DNA from: a bacterium
Lineage (GTDB): Bacteria > SAR324 > JACQKK01
NCBI GenBank assembly: GCA_965240465.1
Contig: OZ251219.1
Coordinates: 32,001-96,000, forward strand
Direction: 5' to 3'
Length of the DNA: 64,000 nt
In this document: positions 37,771-47,413 of the stretch, in pieces
Layout of the letters: the number at the start of each line of letters is the position of its first letter
Numbering within the stretch: position 1 is the first letter of the stretch
The notes under the pieces: generated by a model
Told to the model about the DNA's origin: nothing
What the model saw: only the letters and a program-made list of their open reading frames with translations
Databases searched by the model: none
Made by a program: the position numbers and the translations under genes

Positions 37771-37870
37771 CGGATTGCGGGGAAGAATCCATCAACAAAA
37801 TAGTCCTAAAATAATGAATCCATCAGAATCAGACTAACGAGGTGAGTATTATAAGAAATAAGGAGAAACC

Positions 37871-38056
37871 ATGAAAACAAGAACGTATCCTATTGAAGCT
37901 GAAGTGAAAACGGCCATCAAAAAATTTATTTCCCAAGGTGGATTTATTCACCGATTGCCATTTGAAAAAAGAATCTGCCCTAATATGGTAGGGAGTCGCT
38001 TCGGCATGTACGAAAATCCACTGCATGAGCTAAACGCCAGCAATACCACGTGCTAG
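37871..38056 (+). CDS. Small protein, 61 aa, with a SutA-like motif
   Basis: RBS AAGGAG; own promoter; EVKTAIKKFISQGGFIHRLP. Confidence 0.7.
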   Translation: MKTRTYPIEAEVKTAIKKFISQGGFIHRLPFEKRICPNMVGSRFGMYENPLHELNASNTTC

Positions 38057-38113
38057 AAAGAAGCAACGCGGTAGAAATGACAGTTACAAAAAGACGTATC
38101 TTGAGAAATGTGA

Positions 38114-41100
38114 TTAAGAACAACCCAGTGAATTGCCACAATTCAAGCACCGATAACAAGCACCGTTTCTCACGGTAAGATGTCCACAGTTGTCACAGAT
38201 TGGAGCATCTCCCATAATTTCTCCCATCTGTTGATTAAGATTACTGGTAGCAGAAGAGGTATTTGACAAGGCAGATGCTTCGCTTCCTCCCATAACAACC
38301 TGAGGAATATTTTGTACAAAATCACGACGGCCTAGGTATTTAATAGCTAAAATACGGAATATAAAGTCTAAAATGGAAGTAGCATTGTGAACATCTGGGT
38401 GATCGGTAAAGCCACAGGGATCAAAGCGAGTAAAACAGAACATCTGAACATATTTTTCCAATGGCACGCCGTATTGAAGTCCCACAGAGATGGCTTGGGC
38501 AAAACTGTTCATCATGCTACGATAGGCGGCACCTTCCTTGTACATATCAATAAAAATTTCACCCAGCTTGTCATTTTCGTACTCGCCGGTTCGTAGGAAT
38601 AATTTATGTCCAGCAACTTGGGCTTCCAAAGTAGTACCCTTTCTTTCACGGGGCATTTTTCTCCGAGAACCCCAGTCGGTTTGGAGTTCCCTCAACATTT
38701 CCGAATCAGAACCATTGTTTTTTGCATCAATACCATTGGTGCTGAGAGGCTGCGAACTCTTGCTACCATCACGATAAACTGCCACAGATTTAATTCCGTA
38801 TTTCCAGGCTTGCACGTATAGATTTTCTATTTCTTCTACAGTAGTTTCATTAGGCACATTAACTGTTTTCGAGATAGCCCCAGAAATAAAAGGTTGTACA
38901 GCAGCCATCATTTTAATGTGTGCCATCGGCTTTAAGAAACGTTTGCCGTGTTTGCCGCAACGGTTAGCACAATCAAAGATAGGGATGTGATCTTCGCTGA
39001 TGTGAGGGGCAGTTTCTATGGTTTCTGAGCCATTAATACGCATCAATGCAGCTTGGATATTATCATCAGAAACTTTGCGTTCCTTAAGCGATGAGGGAGA
39101 TATATGGGGAGTGAAATCACTCCAATTATTGTTGGAAAAGATGGATTTTTCTGCTTCAGAAATTTCATCTTTTGTAAAGCCCATTTCTTGCAGCTTATCG
39201 TTACTCCAAAAGCTAGTCAGACTGGCAGTTCCCAGAACGTGAGTAATCATTTCATCAATGTGTTCTTTGGAATAACCCAGACCTTCAAGGGTACCAGAAA
39301 CACTTTGATTGACAATTTTTATATAGCCCCCTCCAGCCAATTTCTTCCATTTCACCAAAGCAAAGTCTGGTTCTATACCAGTGGTGTCACAGTCCATCAA
39401 GAGTCCGATAGTACCTGTAGGTGCCAGCACGGTCATCTGTGAATTGCGATAACCATGAGATTTCCCCATGATATCAGCTCTTTCCCATGCTTGTTGGGCT
39501 GCTTCCAGCAGCAGAGCAGGACATGTTTGAGAGTTTATCTTGTCAACCGCTTTACGATGTTTATTTATAACTTGCATCATAGGTTGACGATTATCCCGAA
39601 ATCCTTCAAAAGCCCCTCGCACAGATGCCAATTCGGCACTAACTGCATACGCTTCACCAGAGACGATGGCCGTAATAGCCGCAGCGATGCTACGGGATTC
39701 TTCGGAATCATACGATAAGCCCTGGCTCATTAACAGTGTCCCCAGATTGGCGTAGCCCAACCCCAGCGGACGATATTTATGACTATTAGTCGCAATATCT
39801 GCAGTGGGATAAGAACTAAAATCCACCAGAATTTCCATAGCCGTTGCAAACACCCGCACTGCATGCCTTAAGCCTTTGAGATCAAATTCCCCTGTTTTGG
39901 TATTATAAAAATGTAGCAAATTTATAGATGCCAAATTGCAGGCGGTGTCATCTAAGAACATGAACTCAGAACAAGGATTAGATGCATAAATGCGATCTGT
40001 TTTAGGGCAGGTGTGCCAATTGTTGATAGTGGTATCAAATTGTACCCCAGGGTCACCACAGACCCACGCAGCTTGGGCAACAGAACGCATCAACTCACGT
40101 GCTTGGTAGGTTTTGTGAATATCATCCGTGGTTCGCAGGCGAGTTTGCCAATTTTCATTTTTTTGATAGGCCTTCATGAAAGCATCATTCATACGCACTG
40201 AGTTATTGGAATTCTGACCAGAAACAGTGTGATATGCACCTCCATGAGCATCAGGGTTCATCCCCTGAGAGATAAGGATATGGGCCTTCTTTTCCTCTGC
40301 AACCTTCCAACCAATGAATTCTTCTATTTCAGGATGGTCCATATCCAAGCAGACCATCTTGGCTGCCCGACGAGTAGTACCACCAGATTTAGTAGCTCCT
40401 GCACCTTTGTCAAATACTTCCAAGAATGACAACAATCCCGATGAAGTCCCCCCCCCAGAAAGATGCTCGTGGCTACTTCTCAGCTTAGAAAAATTGGTAC
40501 CTGTTCCCGAACCAAACTTAAACACCCGAGCTTCTTTGCCGAGCAATTCAAAAATAGACCTCAGATCATCTTCCACTCGCTGAATAAAACACGCCGAACA
40601 CTGCGGATTCGCATAAGAGTCCTCTATGCAAACTGCCTCTTGTTGATATTCATCCCAGTGGTAATTACCAGGACTACCACTGATGCCATAACTATGATGT
40701 AACCCGCAGTTAAACCACACTGGAGAATTGAATGCTCCATGTTGATTTACCAATAAATAAGTGAGTTCTTCCTCAAATATGCACTCATCGTGATCAGAGT
40801 GAAATATGTCACACTGACCACCTTGCTCGGCAATGGTATGTGCCACTCTACGCACCAATTGTCTTACCGAGGTCTCTGTTCCTTCCCCCGGCACCCCCGC
40901 CTTGCAAAAATATTTAGAAACGGCAATATCGGTGGCCAGCATACTCCAAGAAGCAGGCACATCTACATCTTTCATCTCAAAAACTACCGTTCCATCAGGT
41001 TCTGTAATAACTGAACGTCGCTTCTCCCATTTCACTTCATCTAAGGGAGGTCTGCCATCAGAAGTAAAATGACGGAAAAACCTCAGCCGTTTAGGCTCTT

Positions 41101-41155
41101 TATCTTCCAGCGGCATGCGTACCACTTTTTTAGATTGCTGTGGTTTGGCACTCAC
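38114..41155 (-). CDS. nrdJ: Vitamin B12-dependent (class II) ribonucleotide reductase
   Basis: FNSPVWFN, QCSACFI, SNPCSEF, APTGTI, ISGAISKTVN, YRDGSK, C-terminal CxxC...CxxC. Confidence 0.96.
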   Translation of the reverse strand: MSAKPQQSKKVVRMPLEDKEPKRLRFFRHFTSDGRPPLDEVKWEKRRSVITEPDGTVVFEMKDVDVPASWSMLATDIAVSKYFCKAGVPGEGTETSVRQLVRRVAHTIAEQGGQCDIFHSDHDECIFEEELTYLLVNQHGAFNSPVWFNCGLHHSYGISGSPGNYHWDEYQQEAVCIEDSYANPQCSACFIQRVEDDLRSIFELLGKEARVFKFGSGTGTNFSKLRSSHEHLSGGGTSSGLLSFLEVFDKGAGATKSGGTTRRAAKMVCLDMDHPEIEEFIGWKVAEEKKAHILISQGMNPDAHGGAYHTVSGQNSNNSVRMNDAFMKAYQKNENWQTRLRTTDDIHKTYQARELMRSVAQAAWVCGDPGVQFDTTINNWHTCPKTDRIYASNPCSEFMFLDDTACNLASINLLHFYNTKTGEFDLKGLRHAVRVFATAMEILVDFSSYPTADIATNSHKYRPLGLGYANLGTLLMSQGLSYDSEESRSIAAAITAIVSGEAYAVSAELASVRGAFEGFRDNRQPMMQVINKHRKAVDKINSQTCPALLLEAAQQAWERADIMGKSHGYRNSQMTVLAPTGTIGLLMDCDTTGIEPDFALVKWKKLAGGGYIKIVNQSVSGTLEGLGYSKEHIDEMITHVLGTASLTSFWSNDKLQEMGFTKDEISEAEKSIFSNNNWSDFTPHISPSSLKERKVSDDNIQAALMRINGSETIETAPHISEDHIPIFDCANRCGKHGKRFLKPMAHIKMMAAVQPFISGAISKTVNVPNETTVEEIENLYVQAWKYGIKSVAVYRDGSKSSQPLSTNGIDAKNNGSDSEMLRELQTDWGSRRKMPRERKGTTLEAQVAGHKLFLRTGEYENDKLGEIFIDMYKEGAAYRSMMNSFAQAISVGLQYGVPLEKYVQMFCFTRFDPCGFTDHPDVHNATSILDFIFRILAIKYLGRRDFVQNIPQVVMGGSEASALSNTSSATSNLNQQMGEIMGDAPICDNCGHLTVRNGACYRCLNCGNSLGCS

Positions 41156-41355
41156 GAAAAACCTCCTTGTCTTTCAATATAATTTGCAAAAAATTAAAGA
41201 TGGACTACCACAAACCAGCTACTAAGCCAGAATTGGATGTTTAATTACAAGACTTAGTATGGATGCAAGACATCTTGTCTACCTATCACTACTCATCAAG
41301 AATGGCTGAAAAAAATATTCTGGCAGGTCCGTACTTAGAACTGAAACCCAGGGTG

Positions 41356-41417
41356 TAACAGACACCCGATACCCAAGATATAACAGGCATCCGATACCCA
41401 AGATATAACAGGCACCC
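41356..41417. repeat. 25-bp tandem repeat (~2.5 copies) between nrdJ and lpxD
   Basis: taacagacacccgatacccaagata / taacaggcatccgatacccaagata / taacaggcaccc. Confidence 0.9.
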
Positions 41418-41652
41418 AGCATAAGCAATTAAAAAAAAATCACCTGAGTTACTTAAATTTAAAGGATTAGAAACTATCTCTATAAATTCCAAGTACAACA
41501 ATGGTAACTCCCTCACATAAATAGCCATAATTCTTTGACTACCAGACCAAAAGTGCTTTTTTATTAAAAAATATGCTGGTGTATGCTACATTTTGCTACC
41601 AGTTTTATTGAGACAAAATCTGTATAAAAATGTCTTCCACTAGGAGTATTCA

Positions 41653-42744
41653 ATGCCTGAGCATTCATCTCTTATGCCTCCTTTGGCAACGAAAAGCCTG
41701 CGAGAAATTTTGGATTTCCTGGGTGGCAACACACGCTTAGAAGGAAATGATGACTGGAAGGTAAAGGGGGTCAACAGCCTAGAAGAAGCCGGGCCACAAG
41801 ATTTATCCTTTTGTGTTGGAGCAACATTTGCCAAGAAGCTAGCTACCAGTCGAGCGGGTTGTGTGATGCTACCCATCGGGATGCCTACTCCTAAGTCCTC
41901 CAATTACATACGCTGTGAGAATCCTAAAGCATCATTTGCACGGGTGTTGGGCTGGTTATATCAGCCATTACAACCAAAGGCGGGAATTCATCGGGATGCA
42001 TGGATTGATGAAAATGCGATAATTGACCCTTCGGCCAGCGTGATGGCTGGTGTATATGTAGGTGCTCACAGCGAGATTGGGGCTAATTGTATTCTATACC
42101 CTGGGGTGGTGGTAATGGAATATTGCCATCTGGGTCGTGGATGTATTCTACATCCTCGGGTAACCCTGAGAGAACAAACGGTGTTGGGAAGTAATGTTAT
42201 CTTGCATGCAGGAGTGGTACTGGGTGGCGATGGACACGGATATATACGTGAAAAGGACGGGCATCTGAAAATGCCTCAGGTGGGACGGGTAGTGATAGAA
42301 GATGGAGTAGATATCGGTTCATTAAGCAATGTTGATAGAGCTACCTTGGGAGTCACCAAAGTGGGTGCGGGTAGCAAAATAGATTCATTGGTGCATGTGG
42401 GACACAATGTTGTTTTGGGCAAGCGAGTAATGATACTTGGAAATTCAGCACTAGCAGGAGGTACAATACTTGAAGATGACGTAATCATAGGGGGATCCAG
42501 CGGTATTTTGCCAAGCTGTAGGATAGGCCAAGGTAGCATTGTGCATCCCTATACTCTGGTTACTAAAAATCTGCCTAAGAAATCAGATGTCTATGGCATT
42601 CCCGCCAGACCCCTCAAGGAAGAATTTCGTCGTCAGGCACACATAAGTCAATTGGATAAACTACAACAAAAAATTAAGGCTATGGAAAAGAAATTGTGCC
42701 GTTTATCTGCCATTATATCAAAATCCAAAATTAGCACGGACTAA
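41653..42744 (+). CDS. lpxD: UDP-3-O-acyl-glucosamine N-acyltransferase
   Basis: LEEAGP.DLSF, hexapeptide repeats, PQVGRVVIED, DRATLG.T, KIDSLVHVGHNV. Confidence 0.95.
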   Translation: MPEHSSLMPPLATKSLREILDFLGGNTRLEGNDDWKVKGVNSLEEAGPQDLSFCVGATFAKKLATSRAGCVMLPIGMPTPKSSNYIRCENPKASFARVLGWLYQPLQPKAGIHRDAWIDENAIIDPSASVMAGVYVGAHSEIGANCILYPGVVVMEYCHLGRGCILHPRVTLREQTVLGSNVILHAGVVLGGDGHGYIREKDGHLKMPQVGRVVIEDGVDIGSLSNVDRATLGVTKVGAGSKIDSLVHVGHNVVLGKRVMILGNSALAGGTILEDDVIIGGSSGILPSCRIGQGSIVHPYTLVTKNLPKKSDVYGIPARPLKEEFRRQAHISQLDKLQQKIKAMEKKLCRLSAIISKSKISTD

Positions 42745-42781
42745 GCCATATCTTGTCAACAGCCGAGCAAGTACGGCATAC

Positions 42782-43702
42782 ATGGACAGACATTTTTCTT
42801 ATGCCAAGGATAACATGGACGCCAATAGCATCACCGGTTTCGGAGTAGCCACGTTAACACCCTTCACTGCCAGCGGTGAGGTAGATATGGTTGCCCTGGA
42901 ACGTCATACCAAGTTTTTGATCAAAGGAGGAGCACAGTTTTTAGTTTCCTGCGGCACCACTGGAGAAATACCCACTTTATCTTGGGCTGAACAAGAAAAA
43001 ATCATCTCCCTCGTCCTAAAGATAGCCGATGGCCAAGTACCGGTGGTGGTAGGTTGCACCTCCAATAACACTCGCTCACTGATAATCTCTGCCAAACAAA
43101 TTGCAGATCTAGGGGTACGGTGGATAATGTCAGCTACTCCTTATTACAACAAACCTACCCAAGAGGGGATTTATCAACATTTTAAGGCCTTGCGAGAAGA
43201 AACAGGATTGGCAGTGATGGCATATAATATCCCCACCCGTACTGCAGGTGAAATCCTTCCTGATACAATCCAACGCCTCGCAGAGGATGATCTTATTTTT
43301 GCCCTCAAAGATGCCTCAGCCAATCTCACTCGGATACAAAAAACTTGCTCATTGTGTAGCAATCTGCGAGTGTTTTCCGGCGATGATGCCCTCTCTGCGG
43401 CAATTGTTGCGGTCGGGGGACAAGGAGTGGTGTCAGTAGTAGGAAATTTAGTACCACAATTGTTGCGTGCTTGGATCGATGCCCTTATGCGAGAAGATTT
43501 CTCTGCTGCTCGCAAAAAATTGCAACCCCTACTATCCCTGTTTGAAGCCTGCTTTTTGGAAAGCAGTCCCATTCCCGTAAAATTTGGTGCCGAAATACTG
43601 GGCTTAATGCACTCACGAGTACGCCTTCCGCTGACAATTGCCTCCCTTTCCACCCAAGCTAAAATGCAACAAACCCTACAGCCCTTAAAGGAAAACCTCT
43701 AA
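42782..43702 (+). CDS. dapA: 4-hydroxy-tetrahydrodipicolinate synthase
   Basis: GTTGE, PYYNKPTQEG, YNIP.RT, LKDAS, SGDD, PIPVK. Confidence 0.96.
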   Translation: MDRHFSYAKDNMDANSITGFGVATLTPFTASGEVDMVALERHTKFLIKGGAQFLVSCGTTGEIPTLSWAEQEKIISLVLKIADGQVPVVVGCTSNNTRSLIISAKQIADLGVRWIMSATPYYNKPTQEGIYQHFKALREETGLAVMAYNIPTRTAGEILPDTIQRLAEDDLIFALKDASANLTRIQKTCSLCSNLRVFSGDDALSAAIVAVGGQGVVSVVGNLVPQLLRAWIDALMREDFSAARKKLQPLLSLFEACFLESSPIPVKFGAEILGLMHSRVRLPLTIASLSTQAKMQQTLQPLKENL

Positions 43703-43759
43703 TTGGATTTTCTCCATCCCACCTACGACACTGCCCACAACCACTACCTATCTTCCTCC

Positions 43760-44578
43760 CTAACGGCGGCGGATACGCATGGAGTCGGTACGTTTTGATT
43801 TTCTAGTACGGAAACCCTTGGTAGGTTTACCCCAAGCAGTCACTGGATCCCGACCTCCAGAAGTTTTTCCCTCTCCACCACCATGGGGATGGTCTACTGG
43901 GTTCATGGCTACTCCCCGCACAGTAGGACGAATCCCTAACCAGCGTTTTCTGCCTGCTTTTCCCAAATTAATGTTGGCGTGATCTGCATTACTAACCTCA
44001 CCAATAGTAGCCATACAGCGTAACAGTATTTTCCTGATCTCTCCTGAACGCAGACGCATTTGGGCATATTTTTCACCTTTGGCAGTCAATACCGCAGATG
44101 TACCTGCTCCTCGGGCTAATTGACCTCCTTTGCCCGGCTTTAACTCCACATTGTGTACCACGGAACCAAGAGGAATATGGCTCAAAGGCAAGGCATTGCC
44201 TACCCGAATTTCTGAATCTTCGCCTGAAGTAATGGGACTTCCCACCGTCAGTCCTTTTGGAGTTAAAATATAGCGTTTATCTCCATCAGCATATGAAACC
44301 AGCGAAATATAAGCCGACCGATTGGGATCATATTCCACAGTGAGCAGCTTGGCAGGAACACCGAGCTTGTTGCGTTTGAAGTCAATGATGCGATAGCGGC
44401 GTTTATGTCCTCCTCCATGGTGGCGTACTGTAATACGCCCCGTGTTATTGCGACCGCCTGTTTTACTTAGCGGTGCTAGCAGGGGCTTGTATGGCTTATC
44501 AGTGGTTATTTCCTCAAAGGTGGAGCCACTCATGTCCCTGCGTCCTGGGGAAGTAGGATTGTAGCGGCGAATACCCAT
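43760..44578 (-). CDS. rplB: 50S ribosomal protein L2
   Basis: [38 protein letters not shown]. Confidence 0.99.
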   Translation of the reverse strand: MGIRRYNPTSPGRRDMSGSTFEEITTDKPYKPLLAPLSKTGGRNNTGRITVRHHGGGHKRRYRIIDFKRNKLGVPAKLLTVEYDPNRSAYISLVSYADGDKRYILTPKGLTVGSPITSGEDSEIRVGNALPLSHIPLGSVVHNVELKPGKGGQLARGAGTSAVLTAKGEKYAQMRLRSGEIRKILLRCMATIGEVSNADHANINLGKAGRKRWLGIRPTVRGVAMNPVDHPHGGGEGKTSGGRDPVTAWGKPTKGFRTRKSKRTDSMRIRRR

Positions 44579-44649
44579 GTTTTGTTTAATTAGGAATAGG
44601 ACAGCAAAAAATATAAAATATAGACACTGTGCAAAAAGAGCAACAAAGT

Positions 44650-44943
44650 TTAAGCCCCTTCAAAGTACTCAATTTTATCACCCTTTTTCATGGTGATGAC
44701 GGCTTTTTTCCAATCGGGGCGACGGCCTTTATGCCGTCCTAGACGTTTTTCCTTACCACGTACACGCAGTGTAGCCACCTTTTGCACACTGATCTTAAAT
44801 TCCTTTTCAAGAGATTTTTTAATCTCTAGTTTATTGGCATCTAGAGCCACCCGAAAAGTTACTTGGTTAAACTTTTCTTTCTGAGATAGGCCTTTCTCAG
44901 AAAGCAGGGCTGATTTGATGATACGAATTAATGGCTTTGTCAT
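44650..44943 (-). CDS. rplW: 50S ribosomal protein L23
   Basis: SEK, ANKLEIK, GKEKR, WKKAVIT. Confidence 0.96.
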   Translation of the reverse strand: MTKPLIRIIKSALLSEKGLSQKEKFNQVTFRVALDANKLEIKKSLEKEFKISVQKVATLRVRGKEKRLGRHKGRRPDWKKAVITMKKGDKIEYFEGA

Positions 44944-45590
44944 GCTGCCAGTCTTTCTTGCAAGATTTCCATAGCTTTACGAGAAATAATAAGGTGTGGA
45001 TGCTGCATCAGTTTGACAACATTCAATCTGGCGGGGACGATAAGTTCAACCCCTGGAAGGTTGGCACTGGCACGCAGGAGGTTTTTTGAGGGGTTATCTA
45101 CTACAATAAGAGCTCTTGGTGTCTGCTGTTCTTTCAGCCAGCCTACAAAATCTTTTGTCTTATGAGATGCGGGAGAAACATCATCAATCAGGTGCAATTT
45201 TTTGCTCTCGGCACAAGCAACAAGGGCTGCACGCAATATTTGCTTACGCTCTTTTTTGTTCATTTTGATTTCATAAGAACGCGGTTTAGGACCATGAGCT
45301 ACTCCGCCTCCACGCCTATGAGGAGCTTTGCCACTACCCATACGAGCACGACCAGTACCTTTCTGCTTGTACGCCTTACGTCCTGTGCCAGAAACAGCAT
45401 TACGAGAAAGACAAGAATGCGTACCTTGACGCTCACGCACACTATGATACACCACAGCCTGCTTTAACAAATGAGGCTTTAAGGAATCTTCCAGCCAACT
45501 TGCAGGAAGCTCAACCTTGGGATCGCCAGGGGCCTTCATAGTAGTTTCTCCCGAAACTTTTGCTTTGGTATCTTCTGTTTTTACGGTCAT
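44940..45590 (-). CDS. rplD: 50S ribosomal protein L4
   Basis: RQGTH, KQKGTGRAR, RGGGVAHGPKPR, NLPGV. Confidence 0.96.
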   Translation of the reverse strand: MTVKTEDTKAKVSGETTMKAPGDPKVELPASWLEDSLKPHLLKQAVVYHSVRERQGTHSCLSRNAVSGTGRKAYKQKGTGRARMGSGKAPHRRGGGVAHGPKPRSYEIKMNKKERKQILRAALVACAESKKLHLIDDVSPASHKTKDFVGWLKEQQTPRALIVVDNPSKNLLRASANLPGVELIVPARLNVVKLMQHPHLIISRKAMEILQERLAA

Positions 45591-45629
45591 GAGAAAAAGA
45601 TCGTGTTAAAAAACCTGCAGATAGACAAC

Positions 45630-45941
45630 TTAAATTTGCGTCATGCTGATATCCACCCCAGCAGACGTTTCAAGCCGTTGCAGAGCATCCATTGTTTGTC
45701 GGTTAGGTTCAATAATAAACATTAGGCGTTTATGGGTTCGGCTTTCAAATTGTTCACGAGATTTCTTATCAACGTGGGGAGAACGCAACACGGTATAAAT
45801 GCGGCGCATGGTAGGAAGAGGTATCGGACCCTCTACTTCAGCCCCTGTACGTTTGACAGTATTCACAATTTCTTTCACTGCTTTGTCTAGCAAGGCATGG
45901 TCATAGGCTTTGAAACGCATTTTAATACGATTTATGGCCAT
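45630..45941 (-). CDS. rpsJ: 30S ribosomal protein S10
   Basis: [28 protein letters not shown]. Confidence 0.98.
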   Translation of the reverse strand: MAINRIKMRFKAYDHALLDKAVKEIVNTVKRTGAEVEGPIPLPTMRRIYTVLRSPHVDKKSREQFESRTHKRLMFIIEPNRQTMDALQRLETSAGVDISMTQI

Positions 45942-45994
45942 GTTTCACCCAATGGCAATTGTGCAGTAATCATTGTTTAATTTCTTTCAGTGTG

Positions 45995-47194
45995 TCACTC
46001 GATTACCTCAGACACCACTCCAGAACCAATAGTACGGCTACCTTCACGGATGGCAAATCGTAGCTCTTTTTCCAAAGCAATGGGTGTAATCAATTCCACT
46101 GAGACTTCCACGCTATCACCGGGCATCACCATTTCAGTTCCCTCGGGTAACTGCACCATCCCTGTGACGTCGGTAGTACGAAAATAAAACTGGGGGCGGT
46201 AGTTTTTAAAGAAAGGGGTGTGTCGTCCGCCTTCATCTTTGGTCAGCACATAAACTTGGCCTATGAATTTTGTGTGAGGAGTTACGCTCCCCGGCTTGGC
46301 AAGCACCTGTCCGCGTTCAATTTCTTCCCGCTTAGTCCCTCGCAACAGTATGCCGACATTATCACCTGCACGACCTTCATCAAGCAATTTGCGGAACATT
46401 TCTACTCCTGTTACCACAGTGCTGACGGTATCTTTAATACCCACTATTTCCACTGTTTCGCCCACTTTTACAATACCACGCTCCACCCGTCCAGTAGCCA
46501 CAGTGCCACGCCCTGAGATAGAGAACACATCTTCCACAGGTAGAAGGAAAGGTTTTTCAATATCACGCTTAGGCTCTGGAATAAAACTATCCAATTGACC
46601 CATTAAATCCAGAATGCTCTTGTATTCATCGGCATTGATGTCTTCGCTCTTAGATTCCAGAGCTTTCAAGGCAGAACCTCTTACGATAGGGATTTTATCG
46701 CCTGAGAACTCATATTTAGTGAGTAGTTCTCTTACTTCCAGCTCCACCAGGTCCAGCAATTCTTTGTCATCAACTTGATCTACCTTATTCATAAACACCA
46801 CAATGTGAGGCACACCCACTTGACGTGCCAGCAGGATGTGCTCACGGGTTTGAGGCATGGGGCCGTCCGCAGCAGAGACCACTAGGATTGCACCATCCAT
46901 TTGGGCAGCACCGGTGATCATATTCTTCACGTAGTCAGCATGTCCTGGGCAATCCACGTGTGCGTAGTGACGAATATCTGTTTGATATTCTACGTGAGAC
47001 ACAGCAATTGTGATGCCGCGTGCCTTTTCTTCTGGGGCTTTATCAATTTGTTCAAACGCAGAAAATTCAGCTAGTTTTTTAAGAGATAGCACCTTGGTAA
47101 TAGCAGCCGTGAGAGAAGTTTTCCCGTGGTCTACATGCCCGATGGTGCCAACGTTAATATGAGGTTTGGAACGATCAAACTTTTCTTTAGACAT
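45995..47194 (-). CDS. tuf: Elongation factor Tu
   Basis: [35 protein letters not shown]. Confidence 0.99.
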   Translation of the reverse strand: MSKEKFDRSKPHINVGTIGHVDHGKTSLTAAITKVLSLKKLAEFSAFEQIDKAPEEKARGITIAVSHVEYQTDIRHYAHVDCPGHADYVKNMITGAAQMDGAILVVSAADGPMPQTREHILLARQVGVPHIVVFMNKVDQVDDKELLDLVELEVRELLTKYEFSGDKIPIVRGSALKALESKSEDINADEYKSILDLMGQLDSFIPEPKRDIEKPFLLPVEDVFSISGRGTVATGRVERGIVKVGETVEIVGIKDTVSTVVTGVEMFRKLLDEGRAGDNVGILLRGTKREEIERGQVLAKPGSVTPHTKFIGQVYVLTKDEGGRHTPFFKNYRPQFYFRTTDVTGMVQLPEGTEMVMPGDSVEVSVELITPIALEKELRFAIREGSRTIGSGVVSEVIE

Positions 47195-47413
47195 GGGTAG
47201 AGCTCTATTTTACTAAAAACAAAAAACGGTTAATGCAAACCAAAACAACGCCGATAAAGCCTCTGGATGCCAACTTACCTGATAGTAGTGTAAGAGCCAG
47301 TAGTACAAGTGGCTACGGTGTCATAGAACGTAACACAATGCAAGTGTTTATAACGCAATTTATTTCTGCTCAGCAAAAAATAATACTGAATATAAAATCT
47401 TCGATTTTACCTA

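Noticed and set aside
38114-41155. Intein in NrdJ
   Set aside because: No intein splice-junction or LAGLIDADG motifs seen; the length fits class II RNRs with a C-terminal domain.
41156-41652. Cobalamin riboswitch upstream of nrdJ
   Set aside because: No B12-box or GC-rich aptamer stems recognisable.
47195-47413. tRNA or small gene between fusA and tuf
   Set aside because: No cloverleaf or TTCGA motif; the 62-aa ORF is antisense to the operon and unsupported.
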